A stretch of DNA of 64,000 bases from Haliotis rufescens. Lineage: Eukaryota. Below, in pieces: positions 36,501-48,814 of the stretch. The translations under genes and the position numbers were made by a program. The notes beneath the pieces are model-generated. The model saw only the letters and a program-made list of their open reading frames with translations. It did no database searches and was not told where the DNA came from. Every line of letters begins with the position of its first letter. Positions within the stretch are counted from its first letter, which is position 1. The stretch lies in assembly GCF_023055435.1 (NCBI RefSeq), contig NW_025964372.1:5332001-5396000 (forward strand). The letters are read 5' to 3'.

Positions 36501-39500
36501 TACCAGCCTAGTTTGGCAAGGGTGGAAACTGGACTTTTATAGTCAGTTAACGCACTTGCCTCGGGAAGATGGAATGTCCACTAGCCAAGATCGAAGTCTA
36601 GTTTTCAGCCTTGCTCTTTCAAGGACCTTCACACAAAGTGATGGTCCAATCAGAATTTTTTACAAGGTCAACATCTCTGTTTCACAAACATGCTGATGTA
36701 GCCACAGTCATCGTGTGTTGAATTTACACTGAAATTACTGAGATGCAATGCTATTTTTAGACTACCTGTGCTGAGTGTTTCATGTTATTGTGATGTGCAG
36801 AAAGTCAGCGTTAGAAATTAAAATGTTTAGTCCACTAATTCTTAAAATAATAACATATAGCAAAACCCTTAAATGTAGCAAATTTCTACTGGTCCTTATG
36901 ATATCTTAACAATTGGGCATTTCCCCAAGGACTACAAGACTAGTGCCAATTTCTAACACTGGTGAGTGTTACTTGATACTGTGTAGCATGCGAGCCTCTA
37001 TTTACCTATTACCTCCAAAACTCTCAAAGCTCAATTACTTTCAATAACCTTATGTACAGAAACGCACGCATAAAATGAAAAACTCAAATGTATAAAACAG
37101 CATGCGTAAATACCCAATGAAGCTTTTTCAACATGCGTACAAAGGAGCTAATTTCCGAAACACAGTTATGAGATACAGTAAATTACGGTTATTACGAACT
37201 CAAAGGGACCACTAATTTTAGTTCGTAATAACCGTAGTTCGTTATAGGCAAATATACAGCATTTATACAACAAATACTAATAGTCGGGACTAAAAAATGA
37301 GTTTGTTATAAGCGTGTTCGTTATAAACGTACTTTACTGTAATTTACTTTCTGAGTCAAGCCTGTATATTTAGAACAGTTATTTACATCTAAAACATTAT
37401 TTCATATTTTTTTTAAATCTTAAAAGATTCACTCTTTTGGGGGAAACCCCAATAGAGTGACAAATAGATGAGTAAAAAAATTTGGGTTACCCAATGCAAA
37501 ATGTAATAATCCAATAAATATAGAAACCCTAGAATAAAAACTCAATTGCGCAAAAGTTATCTGGAACTCTGGGCAGTAATAACTATCTTTACTGTCGTAA
37601 TATGTCATCTTGTTTTTTAGGGATGAAATATCACATCTTTTCGTAATCGGTCTCGACCAGGTAATTTTCAATGGTAGTCGCTGCTTTTAACAGTATTCTA
37701 GTTGTATCACGCCGTGTCAGCATATATGGGGAGGAAACCCTGAAGTGATTTAGGTCTTAGACGTTTACCACTTCGGTGAAACCCACGAGCATGGGTATGG
37801 TGCTGACAAACCTAGAAACATAATCGGGGCGAACCGGGGTTCGAACCCACAATCATAGGATTCTGGCGTGTCCAAGGGACGCAACTCTGCAAAGCAAATC
37901 ACGGCGCCTTAGACAACTGGGCCACCTGGTCCCCCCTGAAATAAGAACTGTTATCTGATTTGATATCACATTTTATCAGAAGGGGCACTGACCATGCTCT
38001 CCATGGGCACAGCAATCAGGCCAAGAAAAGTCAGCTGGAAATGGCCAAGTGAAAACTAGACTTTGATATAGGCTAGTGGACACTCTTGCCTTGGGAATGG
38101 CAGAGGATCTCATTACAGAATCAGAGTTGTGTCCCTTGGTTACCCAAGTCCACAGCCAATGAGTTTCCATTTACTTGGATTAAGATCCTTGGTCTGTCAT
38201 CCCTAACCCATGTAACCCTGTCAGTCTGTGTTTGTAGTTCAACAGTATCGACGACCTGAATGCCTCACCCCCACCCATCCCCCAAGTGTACTCGTGTTAC
38301 AGGTACAATGTCTTCACATCACTAGTTGGTCGGTCAACAAATGTCATGACGAGATTGACGACAGCATGTAGATAATCAAGTCTGAACCAAACAAATCCAA
38401 TGATTGATATTATGAGCAACAATGGATTTCAACCTGCATATTTCGGTCGACTGCAAGATTTGCAAAACATGTACCGTCAACTGGGCATCAACAGATATTT
38501 TCCAAATCTTTTCATGTCTTTAATTAAAGTGCTCAAGTAATTTGGGCGAGTCATATTGTTTGAAGTCAATGCAAGTAATATGAGAGGTGGAATCTGATTG
38601 GTCAATGAGGGACATAGAAGCTACATAACTAGTAATAGACACTGGTGGCGCTACAATCAGGCCACAAAATTCCAGTGTAGTTCGGTAAGGGTGAAAACTG
38701 GACTTTTAGAGTCAGTTAACGCCTTGCCCTGAGAAGATGCCCCAAGAGAGAGATACACCATGTTTAATGATAATAATACAACACGTGGCCATGTGGAAGA
38801 ATTCCATGAATGGATACCCTCTAACCTTCCATCGTGGACATGAGAAAATCATTGGCGCCGCATTCAAATTAAGACAAAATCTTAAGCAGTCTTGTTTTAC
38901 TTAAGGGGCAGTTCATGGACGGAAGTGTGTGCCTGGTGTGTTCTAAATTAAAGCACGAAATAATTATTGACATGATGTCACATGCTCGATTCAATTCTCA
39001 AACCAACACAATAGAGCTCTGCTGTGCAGAGTTAACTGGCTTCAGTCATGTTTGATATTAGAGGCAAACTGAAGAGAAAGCTTGTGTGTTTTTCTTACGG
39101 ATGAGTAACAAAATACTAATAAGATGAGAAACCAGTGTTTATCAAATGCAAATCCTAGATGACAATACTAATATGCATCTGATTTATGAAGCCAATCACT
39201 CTCCTATTGAGAGTTTAGTGTGGCCAGCCTAGTACCTCTGCCATCGTACCATCGTCACATCCTACACAGTCTATTCATGTGTTTTTTGTTTTCATTTTGG
39301 ACGATATAAACTTTCACTAAAAAAATATCCCTAAACATGCAAAAAACTATTTCATTGTCAATTTGATTTTGTTTGTTTGGTGTTTAACACCGCACTCAGC
39401 AATATTCCAGCTATATGACAGCGGTCTGTAAATAATAGAATCTGGACCAGACAATCCAGTGATTGATATGATGAGCATCAATCCACACAATTGGTATACA

Positions 39501-42500
39501 ATGATATGCATCAACCAAGTCAGAGAGCCTGACCACCCGATCCCGTTAGTCGCCTCTTATGACAAGCAAAGTCACCTTTTACAGCAAGCATGGGTTGCTG
39601 AAGACCTATTCTACCCCGAATCTTCACAGGTATCACTTTGATGTGTAAAGCTATATTGCCATGCACCTCACTGTTACAGTTGTAGTAGTATATCTATATA
39701 AATATTCAAAACAATATGTAAAGCGTACCGAAAGGTTTGCATTGGACCCCTCTGTTCTAATTTCAAAATACCATATTTGGCGTAATAAGCGCCCAGGGCA
39801 CTCTCAAAATTAGAAATATGGGGCTCTTATTAGAATATTATTTTGGTGGAAATAACAGATTTGAAAGATAAATTTCGTGGTTTATGCTGACAGACTGAAA
39901 TGTAATATGCGACAGATATATTATTCCAGAATTTAATTGCCCATAATTAAGAATGCATATAACACACGAGTGGATATAATATGCGAATAAATAAGTCTTG
40001 TGTACATTGATCACTCGGAAGGGGTGCTAATTGGGATTGTTCACTAGCCAATATATTAGCAAATATCGCCGTGGGACTTATTAGAGTGGGGCGCTTATTA
40101 CGTTGAATACGGTAAGTGTTTGTTTACAAACAAGAGGAAAGTTCGGTCATGTGATGTACCACCTATACCCACAGTGCAGCCACTGGAGCAGAATATTCTG
40201 TTGCGGAATATGGAAAGCAGTGCAGAGTAGCTCAGAGGTTATCGCCTATTGATGACAACCAAATTTTCAGAACGGTTGATGTCCTGTCCCTTAAGTCTTG
40301 ATGAGATTTCCTGAACACTGCATTTGATAAGCATGATTATTTCATATAATTACCCTGGTCATGCTGGCACATGTTAACAAAACAAAGTCATGGTTACCAT
40401 GGTTACTGGCAACACAAATATTTTTCAGTTTTGTAAAATGACAAATATCATTAAACTAGTAACTGAAGCAACTTACTGAGTTGAAACATTTTTCCCAAAG
40501 TAATTGTTCTCGAATATTATGTCTTTATGATAAATCCTGTAGTCTTGCTTCGATTTCAAGAAATCTGGCAACTGAAAAAAAAGAGGAAGTTTATTATCAC
40601 AAAGACAATTTACCATAGCAGTAGCCATGGTTTTTTTGTTGATTGACAGTTTGTTGTTAATGCTGCACTCAGCAATATTCCAGCTATGTGATGGCAGAAA
40701 CCACGTTAACAACAGAACTTCGATCATATCAATCATATTCATGATAATACTAACAATAATTGAAAGTCATCTCTCAATAAATGTTCTGCAATGTTGGAAA
40801 GGTGGAAACCCATAACAATATGTCAACAAGTTCATCATCATGATCATGTTCATAAACATGATAATCATTCATCTGTTCATGTAAATTTGCTTTTAGCATA
40901 ATAATGATAATCATTCATGTAAATTTGCTTTTAGCATAATCATGATTATCATTCATGTAAATTTGCTTTTAGCATAATCATGATAATCATTCATGTACAT
41001 TCGCTTTTAGCATAATCATGATAATCATTCATGTAAATTCACTTTTGGCATAATCATGATAATCATTCTTGTAAATTCGCTTGTAGCCATGTTAGCATAA
41101 TCATGATAATCATTCATGTAAATTCACTTTTGGCATAATCATGTTAATCATTCATGTAAATTCACTTTTAGCATAATCATGATAATCATTCATCTGTTCA
41201 TGTAAATTTTGCTTTTAGCATAATCATGATAATCATTCATGTAAATTCGCTTTTAGCCATGTTAGCATAATCATGATAATCATTCATGTAAATTCGCTTT
41301 TAGCCATGTTAGCATAATCATGATAATCATTCATGTAAATTCGCTTTTAGCCATGTTAGCATAATCATGATAATCATTCATGTAAATTCACTTTTAGCAT
41401 AATCATGACAATCATTCATGTAAATTCACTTTTGGCATAATCATGATAATCATTCATGTAAATTCACTTTTAGCATAATCATGATAAGCATTCATCTGTT
41501 CATGTAAATTCACTTTTAGCATAATCATGATAAGAATTCATCTGTTCATGTAAATTCACTTTTAGCATAATCATGACAATCATTCATTTAAATTCACTTT
41601 TGGCATAATCATGATAATCATTCATGTAAATTCACTTTTAGCATAATCATGATAATCATTCATCTGTTCATGTAAATTTGCTTTTAGCATATTCATGATA
41701 ATCATTCATGTAAATACACTTTTAGCATAATCATGATAATCATTCATGTAAATATACTTTTAGCATAATCATGATAATGATGAGCACATAGAAATTTACT
41801 TAGCATTTATTTCTTAACATTTGTTGTTGTACACAGGAGTCAGCAATATTCCAGCTTTATCACAGTAGCCTCGATATAACAGAGTCTGGACAAGACAAAC
41901 CAGTGAACGATATTCAGAGCAACGTTCAAACTGCCTGAACACAATGACCTGCTATAAACCATGTCACACAGGGTTAGAACTTATCTCAAGCCCGGGCCTT
42001 GTACAAATCCCAAGTTTCCCAATTAGCCGATTTAACATCACAAAGACATTATCTTGACCTGGGCAAGTGAAGCTTTTGTGATCAGACCTAACCCTGTCCC
42101 AGAGCTTGACCACCCGGTTACTCATTCGTCACCACTCACTCCTTTCCGTAACCTGCAAGAAGACTCGTCCCCCTATTGATGAATGTTATGTGCGAAAATA
42201 CGACAAACCAATCAGAATGCACGCATGATTTCAAGTTCTTTGTCAAAGAATCCCTCAGAAATAATTTTTGAATTTACATATGTCTTGCATCTAAAAATAT
42301 ACCCAAGACACAGCTACATGTGTTCAATCATACTGTATAAGTCCGCATGTCCCGATGTGCTTTAAATTGCATCTGAAATATATATAATATATGGGGAAAT
42401 ATATGTTAACCATTACACAACAAGTTTACAATTGTTTTAGCTATGCCCGTTTGCGCTAAGACAGAACCCGGTCGCAAAAATGGCCATGAGAGGGGCATGA

Positions 42501-45500
42501 GTCGCTATTCGGCTTGTCCCGGAATAACACGAGTTGGCCACGAATGCCGGTTACTGAGCATGCTGGATCTATTCAAACCCAGGCTCCTCCTAAACTTGAT
42601 AAAAACATATAGTGAGTGAGTGAGTGAGTGAATATGGTTTTACGCCGCTTTTAGCAATATTCCAGCAATATCAAGGCGGGGGACACCAGAAATGGGCTTC
42701 ACACATTGTACCCATGTCGGGAATCGAACCCGGGTCTTCGGCGTGACGAGCGAACGCTTTAACCACTAGGCTACCCGACCGCCCCTAAAAACATATAGTC
42801 AGCCAAAACTCTAGATAAGCTTTTGGTTATTTGGGTATTTTACCCATGGGTTTGATTTTGATTGGGTATCCACAATTTTTAGTGGGTAGTCAATTTTTTT
42901 TTACCCACATGTCTCTGGACATTTGAGTGTTTTAGTTAAATGCTTGAAATCTGTATGCTTGGTGTGCCTTCCAAAGCCCAGATGCTGTAAGAAAAATGCT
43001 AGTTCTCATTTTCTGACAAGAGCAACAACACAATCACGTTTCATTGTCTTTACACCTATATATCAGCCAAGGATATTTATGTTTCATATTTAGTATTCAT
43101 CTATTGTCTTTTTGGACACATAGTTATCGTCATGCTTTTTCCATGTATTAGAGTTGGTGACAGAGGAGATAACTTCACTCAAATTAGTACCCAAAACGCA
43201 CTCTGACAAACAACACTTTCAATCAATTCATCAAGAATACCTCTAACGAACTTATCGTTGGGATAAGAACTCTTTCCAATGCTGAGAAAGCTTGAAATTT
43301 TGTTTTGACCCTTTAGCGACTGCTTTCGACACTTGGTCATTGGGCGCTATTGTTATAAGCACCACTCAACGGCTTTTAAGATATACATGATATAGGCACG
43401 ATATATTTGAGTCGCACGTTTTTCTGAATGTAACAATTGGTAAATGAATTTTGTGATCGGCTGACCCGCAATCGTTTTGTCTAACAGTTGTAATGTACCA
43501 CTTGTTTTATTTCAGTAGCGTATTTATATTTTTGTCGCATATTTGATACGCTGGGGATTTGATTTGTCTGCATATTTCAGTTTATTTAAAGCATATTTTA
43601 CGCAAATACGCAGCTGATCTAGAACTCTGGTCAACTCTTGTCACTGATTATCCCACTTCGTCTGAGGAAACAAGTTGATCATCATGATTAATGCCAGACA
43701 AAATACTCACAGTTCGTTCGAAAAAGTTATGAACAACAAGCAGCTGCTCCTCCGATGGCCCTTGACCTTGACCTTTGTTTGCCTCATCACCAGCTCCATC
43801 ACAAAACACTGTGTGGACATCAGGCAAGGCCTGACAGCTAATGTTCACGGTGTTCATATGGCTAACATTGTCCTGTAGTACTGTTACATCATGATTTTCA
43901 TGACTAATAATGTCCCTAGACATCCCCTGTGACCTGTTTTTGTTGCTTTCAAAAGCAAGAATGTCATCCTCTGAGTATGAAACAGCCTTGACGAATTCAG
44001 CGATGCACTGATTCTCCGCTTTTTCAACAACATTGCTCTTACTATGACCCTGAAACAGGTTTTCAAGGTCAGTCAAGGTCATAGGCAAGAAACACTTTTC
44101 CAGACTAATTTCAGGTAAGCAAGCATTTCGTCCCTCCAATGACCTTGTTCCTTGGTCTGAAGGGCAAGGACATGACCTTGACCCGCATTGACAATTTTGG
44201 CTGAACTTTTCACCATCTTGAAAACCAATGTTATAAACTGACAACAACAAGCTTGATAGTGTGTCACTATGAAGTGACCTTGACTTGTCTTCTGATGACT
44301 TTGACCGAACTGTATTCTGTTGAAGCCTTGTCATATATAGATGTTTATCATGCAGTGAGGCTCTGTTACGTACAGATGCTGGACAGGTTTTCTGAAAGGA
44401 TCAAGAAGCAGTTATCAACTGGAAACCGTACACAAATCTGGGGACAAAAGTTCATTGCCATTCCGAATCTGCCAATCTCTTAGACAATAAATCCAATGTA
44501 CACATTCAAAAGTTTTATATCTCAACTAGAATATTTGACAGACAACCTAGTGATGCAATACTTACTTTTAACTCTCCCAACAGGATTGAAATTATAATAT
44601 TATGTCTATGCCTTAACATATGAGAGTTGTGTGCTCGGATTGAAACTAGACCTGATTTAAGTTCAGACACCCTGTCCACATGACAAGTGGGGTTAACCCT
44701 GTCCACATGACAAAAGGGGTTAACCCTGTAAGCTAGCTGACAAGTCAAGGATGTCATCTGTGGGGTGACTCCATGCCAAGAAATGGTAGAGTTTGGCAAG
44801 CTATTAAAATAAGTGAGTGAGCAAGTTTGGTTTAACCCCTCTTTGACAAATATTTCAGATGTAGGATGGTGTTTCAGCTTGATGTCGCAGGAAATCCCAA
44901 AGTGATTCAGGTCTTATGACATTTACCACTTTGGTAAAACCCATTGGCATGTATGATGCTGACAATTCGAACCCATGATCTTGGGTGCTAAATAAGTAAA
45001 GAATAAATTGGTAAATGTGACAACACATTGTGCAAATTAGACCTGAAAGGATGTATTACTAAAAGCCACTAATTACATCGACGATGCTGAGTGGCGGACA
45101 AAAACTATACGAAACATGTGAATGACATCTTAGAAATTCAAGACTTGACGGAATGACTGCACATGGCCTGACAATGTAACATGTTGACATCTTTAATAAC
45201 ATGTCTCGAAGTACACACCTTGTGTAAATAATATTCGTATAATGCAAAATGTAATCTCATTATTGATCTGTGTTACAAATATAAGAACCGATCGATGTTG
45301 AAAGGCAAGACGAGAGGTCATGCCTCTGCAAAGTCAGCGACTGAGATTTGGATTGATTTTGACCGACTCTTACATAAACATGTTCTGTAGAAGGATCGGC
45401 TTGTCTTCGTTCGAAAACTTTGTCATCAGCCTGTGTTGCAAAGGGTAGAGCCCTGATTTTTGACAGTTTGAATAGATTATGATTTGAAAGTCGAACGTGA

Positions 45501-45508
45501 AATGCCAT
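30516..45508 (-). CDS. C6orf136: C6orf136-like uncharacterized protein, 447 aa; exons 45508-45374, 44391-43711, 40571-40477, 33964-33746, 33543-33474, 30659-30516
   Basis: All junctions GT-AG and phase-compatible (1344 nt). PSEEQL..LPDFLKSKQDYRIYHKDIIFENN..GITAY..QFNVLKITHHPDDGTVRIRWRISGLP..WHDGFSIFTVGSDGFVHKHRVDRVM matches the recalled human C6orf136 C-terminal domain. The N-terminus MAFHVRLSNHNLFKLSKIRAL is basic and looks like a mitochondrial presequence. Exon 1 is the least certain. Confidence 0.88.
30694..31040. repeat. 52-bp minisatellite made of the family D 3' tail; runs into the gap
   Basis: Unit AGGTGAGATGAAATGGGGTTTAACGTCGCATCCAAGATTATTGCACTTATGT is the reverse complement of the tail at ~53768-53818. 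Confidence 0.93.
31041..31237. other. Assembly gap (N run)
   Basis: Run of N. Confidence 1.
31238..31453 (-). mobile_element. Family D SINE head and body
   Basis: Reverse complement of the 53458 copy; continues the 52-bp array across the gap. Confidence 0.85.
31868..32547 (-). mobile_element. Family A SINE with an internal 11 x 40-bp tandem expansion (31901-32340)
   Basis: Tail at 31868, array GAGTATTCCAGTTACATCACAGTATGTCAGCTTGATGTGG, then the body and head resume in register. Confidence 0.93.
32626..32822 (+). mobile_element. Family C copy, 5'-truncated
   Basis: Body and (AAAC)n tail. Confidence 0.8.
32955..33300. mobile_element. ~345-bp MITE with CCGTATTCGACGTAA TIR and TA flanks (second copy at 39771-40112)
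   Basis: The two copies align along their length; imperfect TIRs. Confidence 0.82.
34312..35675 (-). mobile_element. Full-length Tc1 (DD34E) DNA transposon, disabled
   Basis: ~32-bp TIRs CACTGATGGAATAAAATAAAGGATCGCATAAA and TA TSD. Transposase from ATG 35446 to 34422 with HTH, GRPKKT, FSDESRF, QQDNARPH and SPDVNPIE (34 aa between D and E); one premature stop and at least two frameshifts. Confidence 0.95.
36806..36961. mobile_element. Short MITE with CAG(C/T)GTTAGAAATT TIR (related copies ~27693 and ~50602-50756)
   Basis: 14-bp TIRs; shared interior between the three copies; TSD not clear. Confidence 0.65.
37176..37339. mobile_element. CAGTAAA-type MITE, same family as 18599
   Basis: TIRs, TA flanks, shared interior. 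Confidence 0.88.
37677..37936 (-). mobile_element. Family A SINE
   Basis: Aligns to 20320-20591. Confidence 0.88.
39370..39631 (-). mobile_element. Family C copy (double-hairpin subtype)
   Basis: Full body and tail. Confidence 0.88.
39771..40112. mobile_element. MITE, second copy of the 32955 family
   Basis: TA|CCATATTTGGCGTAATAAGCGCCC ... GGGCGCTTATTACGTTGAATACGG|TA. Confidence 0.85.
40850..41780. repeat. 38-bp AT-rich minisatellite with +8 and +9 bp variants
   Basis: Unit ATCATGATAATCATTCATGTAAATTCACTTTTAGCATA. Confidence 0.94.
42614..42785 (-). mobile_element. Family B SINE, young
   Basis: Near-identical to the 25613 copy; TSD TAAAAACATATAGT. Confidence 0.95.
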
Positions 45509-46019
45509 TTTTCGGGCACACTTGCATGCTCTTCACCGAAAGCAGACAAACCGGATGTCAAAGTCACCCAAGTTCACATGCGCACTACTGATTTAGACTG
45601 GTCCTCTGCTCTAAATGCTTCGCCCAAGCCAGCATTGTGTAGCATAAGCGAGCGTGCGCAACAGAGGCAGGAGACCAGTCTAATTACTAATTCTATTTCC
45701 CGAAAAACGTATTCTAGTTAAGTGAAATTCTATGGCACTCTACTGAATTCACGCTTAAACATTATCACTCACAAAAGATGAAACCATACATCAAATTCCA
45801 CTTACAGGGAAGGAGGGAATTACATAAGGTATCGGGTGTTGGTTTTGGATAAGCAAAGGCAGAGACCATATAATAGATTATATGGTCCCTGGCCATGGCA
45901 AAGGGAAGGACTGGGTGTAACATGGCAATCAACATGACATGATGGTGATGTATTGTAAGTCAACCAAGACAGACGACATGGATGTGAAGTAAGGACATCA
46001 ACGTTGGAGATGGCTTGAC

Positions 46020-46260
46020 AAGTAATGGGCCATGCCCCACGGTTTGTCAAACATTCGTTTATACGGCGTGGCATGCTCCGACTCAATCTCCGAATGATAT
46101 ATTGAGGGTGTCTTGCGATTGGCCCAGTTCGGCTGAAGTAGCGCTTTGCCTCTGAGGTCGGCGTACACATCTTCCGATCATGTCACTGGCGTGCTCTATG
46201 GGGGAAAGGTCAGGACTCATGGCTGGCCATTTGTATCTGGTAATGTTTTGCTGCTGGAGG
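46020..46260 (-). mobile_element. Tc1 transposase C-terminal fossil
   Basis: KWPAMSPDLSPIEH..D.IGR and RSMPRRINECL..RG motifs. Confidence 0.8.
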
Positions 46261-46261
46261 T

Positions 46262-46527
46262 GAGTGAGTGAGTGAGTACGGTTTAACGCCGCTTTTAAGA
46301 GTATTCCAGCTATATCGCGGCGTGTCAGCTTAATGTGGGAGGAAAGCCCAAAGTGATGCAGGTCACAGACGTTTACCACTTCGGTGAAACCCACGAGCAC
46401 GGGTATGGTGCTGACAAACGTAGAACCGGGATTCGAACCCACAATCATACGTTTCTGGCGTGCCCAAGGGACGCAACTCTGCACAGCGAATCGCGGCGCC
46501 TTAGATGACTGGGCCACCCGTGCCCCC
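46262..46527 (-). mobile_element. Family A SINE inserted in the Tc1 fossil
   Basis: 12-bp TSD GCTGCTGGAGGT. Confidence 0.93.
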
Positions 46528-46636
46528 GCTGCTGGAGGTTGTCACTTGTAAGAGCACATCCAACTGCATGAGGTACCAGATCATTTCGTACCCCAGTAGT
46601 TTTGTATCTCTTGTGTCCTTTCGTGACTTGGAAGTA

Positions 46637-46810
46637 CAGCGAACTACGGTTATAACGAACTCAAAGGGACTACTAATTTTAGTTCGTTATAACCGTAGTT
46701 CGTTATAAGCATATATACAGCATAATACAGCTAATTATCGGGACCAAAAAAGTAGTTCGTTACATCCGTCAGTTCGTTTTAAGCGTGTTCGTTATAACCG
46801 TAGTTTACTG
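46637..46810. mobile_element. CAGTAAA-type MITE, third copy
   Basis: TIRs and TA flanks; reverse orientation to 18599. Confidence 0.9.
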
Positions 46811-47145
46811 TATTGTATCTTACAGGTCGTTTTTTGGTAACCAAGTTGTTTAGATGAAGGCTTTTTTTACAAGGACGGGAATGTCTGCTATTACCTAACA
46901 AAAAAGATCAGCTGGCTATAGTCACAGTTTTAGTATACACGTGAATCCCCATGTAGAGAATAGGTCTTCAGCAACCCATGCTTGCCGTAAGAGGCAACTA
47001 CATATGCTTGTCGTAAGAGATGACTAACGGGATTGGGTGGTCAGGCTCGCTGACTTGGTTGATGCATGTCATCGTATCCCAATTGCGTGGATCGATGCTT
47101 ATGATGAACAACAAACAGACACAGTTTTAGAAGTAACCAAGAGGT

Positions 47146-47638
47146 GCAATGTCATTAAAATCAGATCTTAGTTCTCGCTGTGGCTAAACAAAGATCTGAG
47201 GACATCTCATTACGGGTCACGTCAGACCGACCTTGCGCGAACTTTGACCGACCAATGGAATGACAAATCAGAAGACAGCTTTCTCGTGCTTTACGGCACA
47301 AATTTCAAATTGGCGACTACGCTTCGAAACATATTTTGACAAATTCTCGATTATAAATTTGAAACCTGAACAAAAAAAAACATTCTGGAATGGCTAATCG
47401 ATTGTCTCGATTGTAAGGATTCAGTCGTTAAACCCGTAACTATCGTTCGGAATACCCCATGTTAAAGTTTTCGAGATTGCATGATTAGAAATTACATTCC
47501 GACTGTCACTTTCATAATCTGGTAAGCGACGCACTGATTGGTCGGATGAATGGTCGTTCTGACGTGACCCTTAATGGGGTGTCTTCAGATCTTTGTTTAG
47601 CGGCAGCGAGAACTAAGGTCTGATTTTAACGCGATTGC
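47146..47638. mobile_element. Long-TIR non-autonomous DNA element (Mutator- or hAT-like)
   Basis: ~85-110-bp imperfect TIRs (GCAAT..TTAAAATCAGA.CTTAGTTCTCGCTG..GCTAAACAAAGATCTGA); direct repeat CAAGAGGT on both flanks. Confidence 0.85.
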
Positions 47639-47866
47639 CAAGAGGTGCATATTAGAACATCGGAACAGTACCTGCCATGCCAAAGAATGTGGATACTTTT
47701 TGTAACAATTTAACACTGGACTTGTCTCCAGTCATAATGATTTCATGTAACGTTTTTATGGAACTGAATTTGCGAAATTGTTATCCACAAATAGATATAG
47801 ATATTATACTACATAAGCAGTCTGGGGAACGAAACGACAGGGGGGTAATGCACTGACTGGGATATG

Positions 47867-48111
47867 TTGTTTGTTGTTTTGTTGTTTAACGCCGCACTCA
47901 GCAATATTCCAGCTATATGACGGCGGTCTGTAAATAATCGAGTCGGGACCAGACAATCCAGTGATTAATATCATGAGCATCGACCGACGCAATTGGGATC
48001 GATGACATGCATCAACCAAGTCAGCGAGCCTGACCACCCGATCCCGTTAGTCGCCTCTTACGACAAGCATGGGTCGCTGAAGACTTATTCTACCCCGGAC
48101 CTTCACGTTTC
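47867..48111 (-). mobile_element. Family C copy with TSD (single-hairpin subtype)
   Basis: TSD GAC(T/A)GGGATATG at 47855-47866 and 48112-48123. Confidence 0.92.
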
Positions 48112-48814
48112 GACAGGGATATGAATGACACGACCCTGAATCAGACCGCGTCATCATAATCATAAATGAATGTTGTTTATCGGCGCAGACATTCAACAAC
48201 ATTCCCTCTTTATCACGGATTCGTGTCAGTAATGGAATCTTGACCAAGCTAACGCGTGGTCGAAAGCATGAACATCTATCCACGCCATCCGGGAACGCTG
48301 ACACGCCATCTGCAATATCACCGAGCCTGGTCATCTGATGCCTATTGATCAACTGTTTGTGTTGGTTCTTACGACAAACACTGGATCTTCACGTCGTAAA
48401 TGCTGCGTTTAATATATTACAGTGTTTAACGAGGAACAAAATGAAAGAAGGCAAGGAAATCTGATATCGTTTTCGTCTGGTATATTTAGTTTTGTTTTAA
48501 CGCGGTTGGGTTTCACCCTAACGCACAAAAAAATATCTGAAACGAAAATAATTTTCATTTTACGTAACGAACAACCTTTATATACCAATTGTTAACCGGT
48601 TCGTTTAAGATCTAGTAATTTATATAATACCAGCGAGTAGGCGTAAGAATATAGTAGACAAAAACATGCCACGTACTTTCTCGCGAGACCTGTTTCACTT
48701 CTGACATGGCAGGCCAGAATGAAAACATTAAAATGACAGCCTCAAAGTAATTGAATATACAGTCTTCCATTTATAAAGACCGGTAATCCCACGACCCGGT
48801 TGGTTAGGAGAAAC

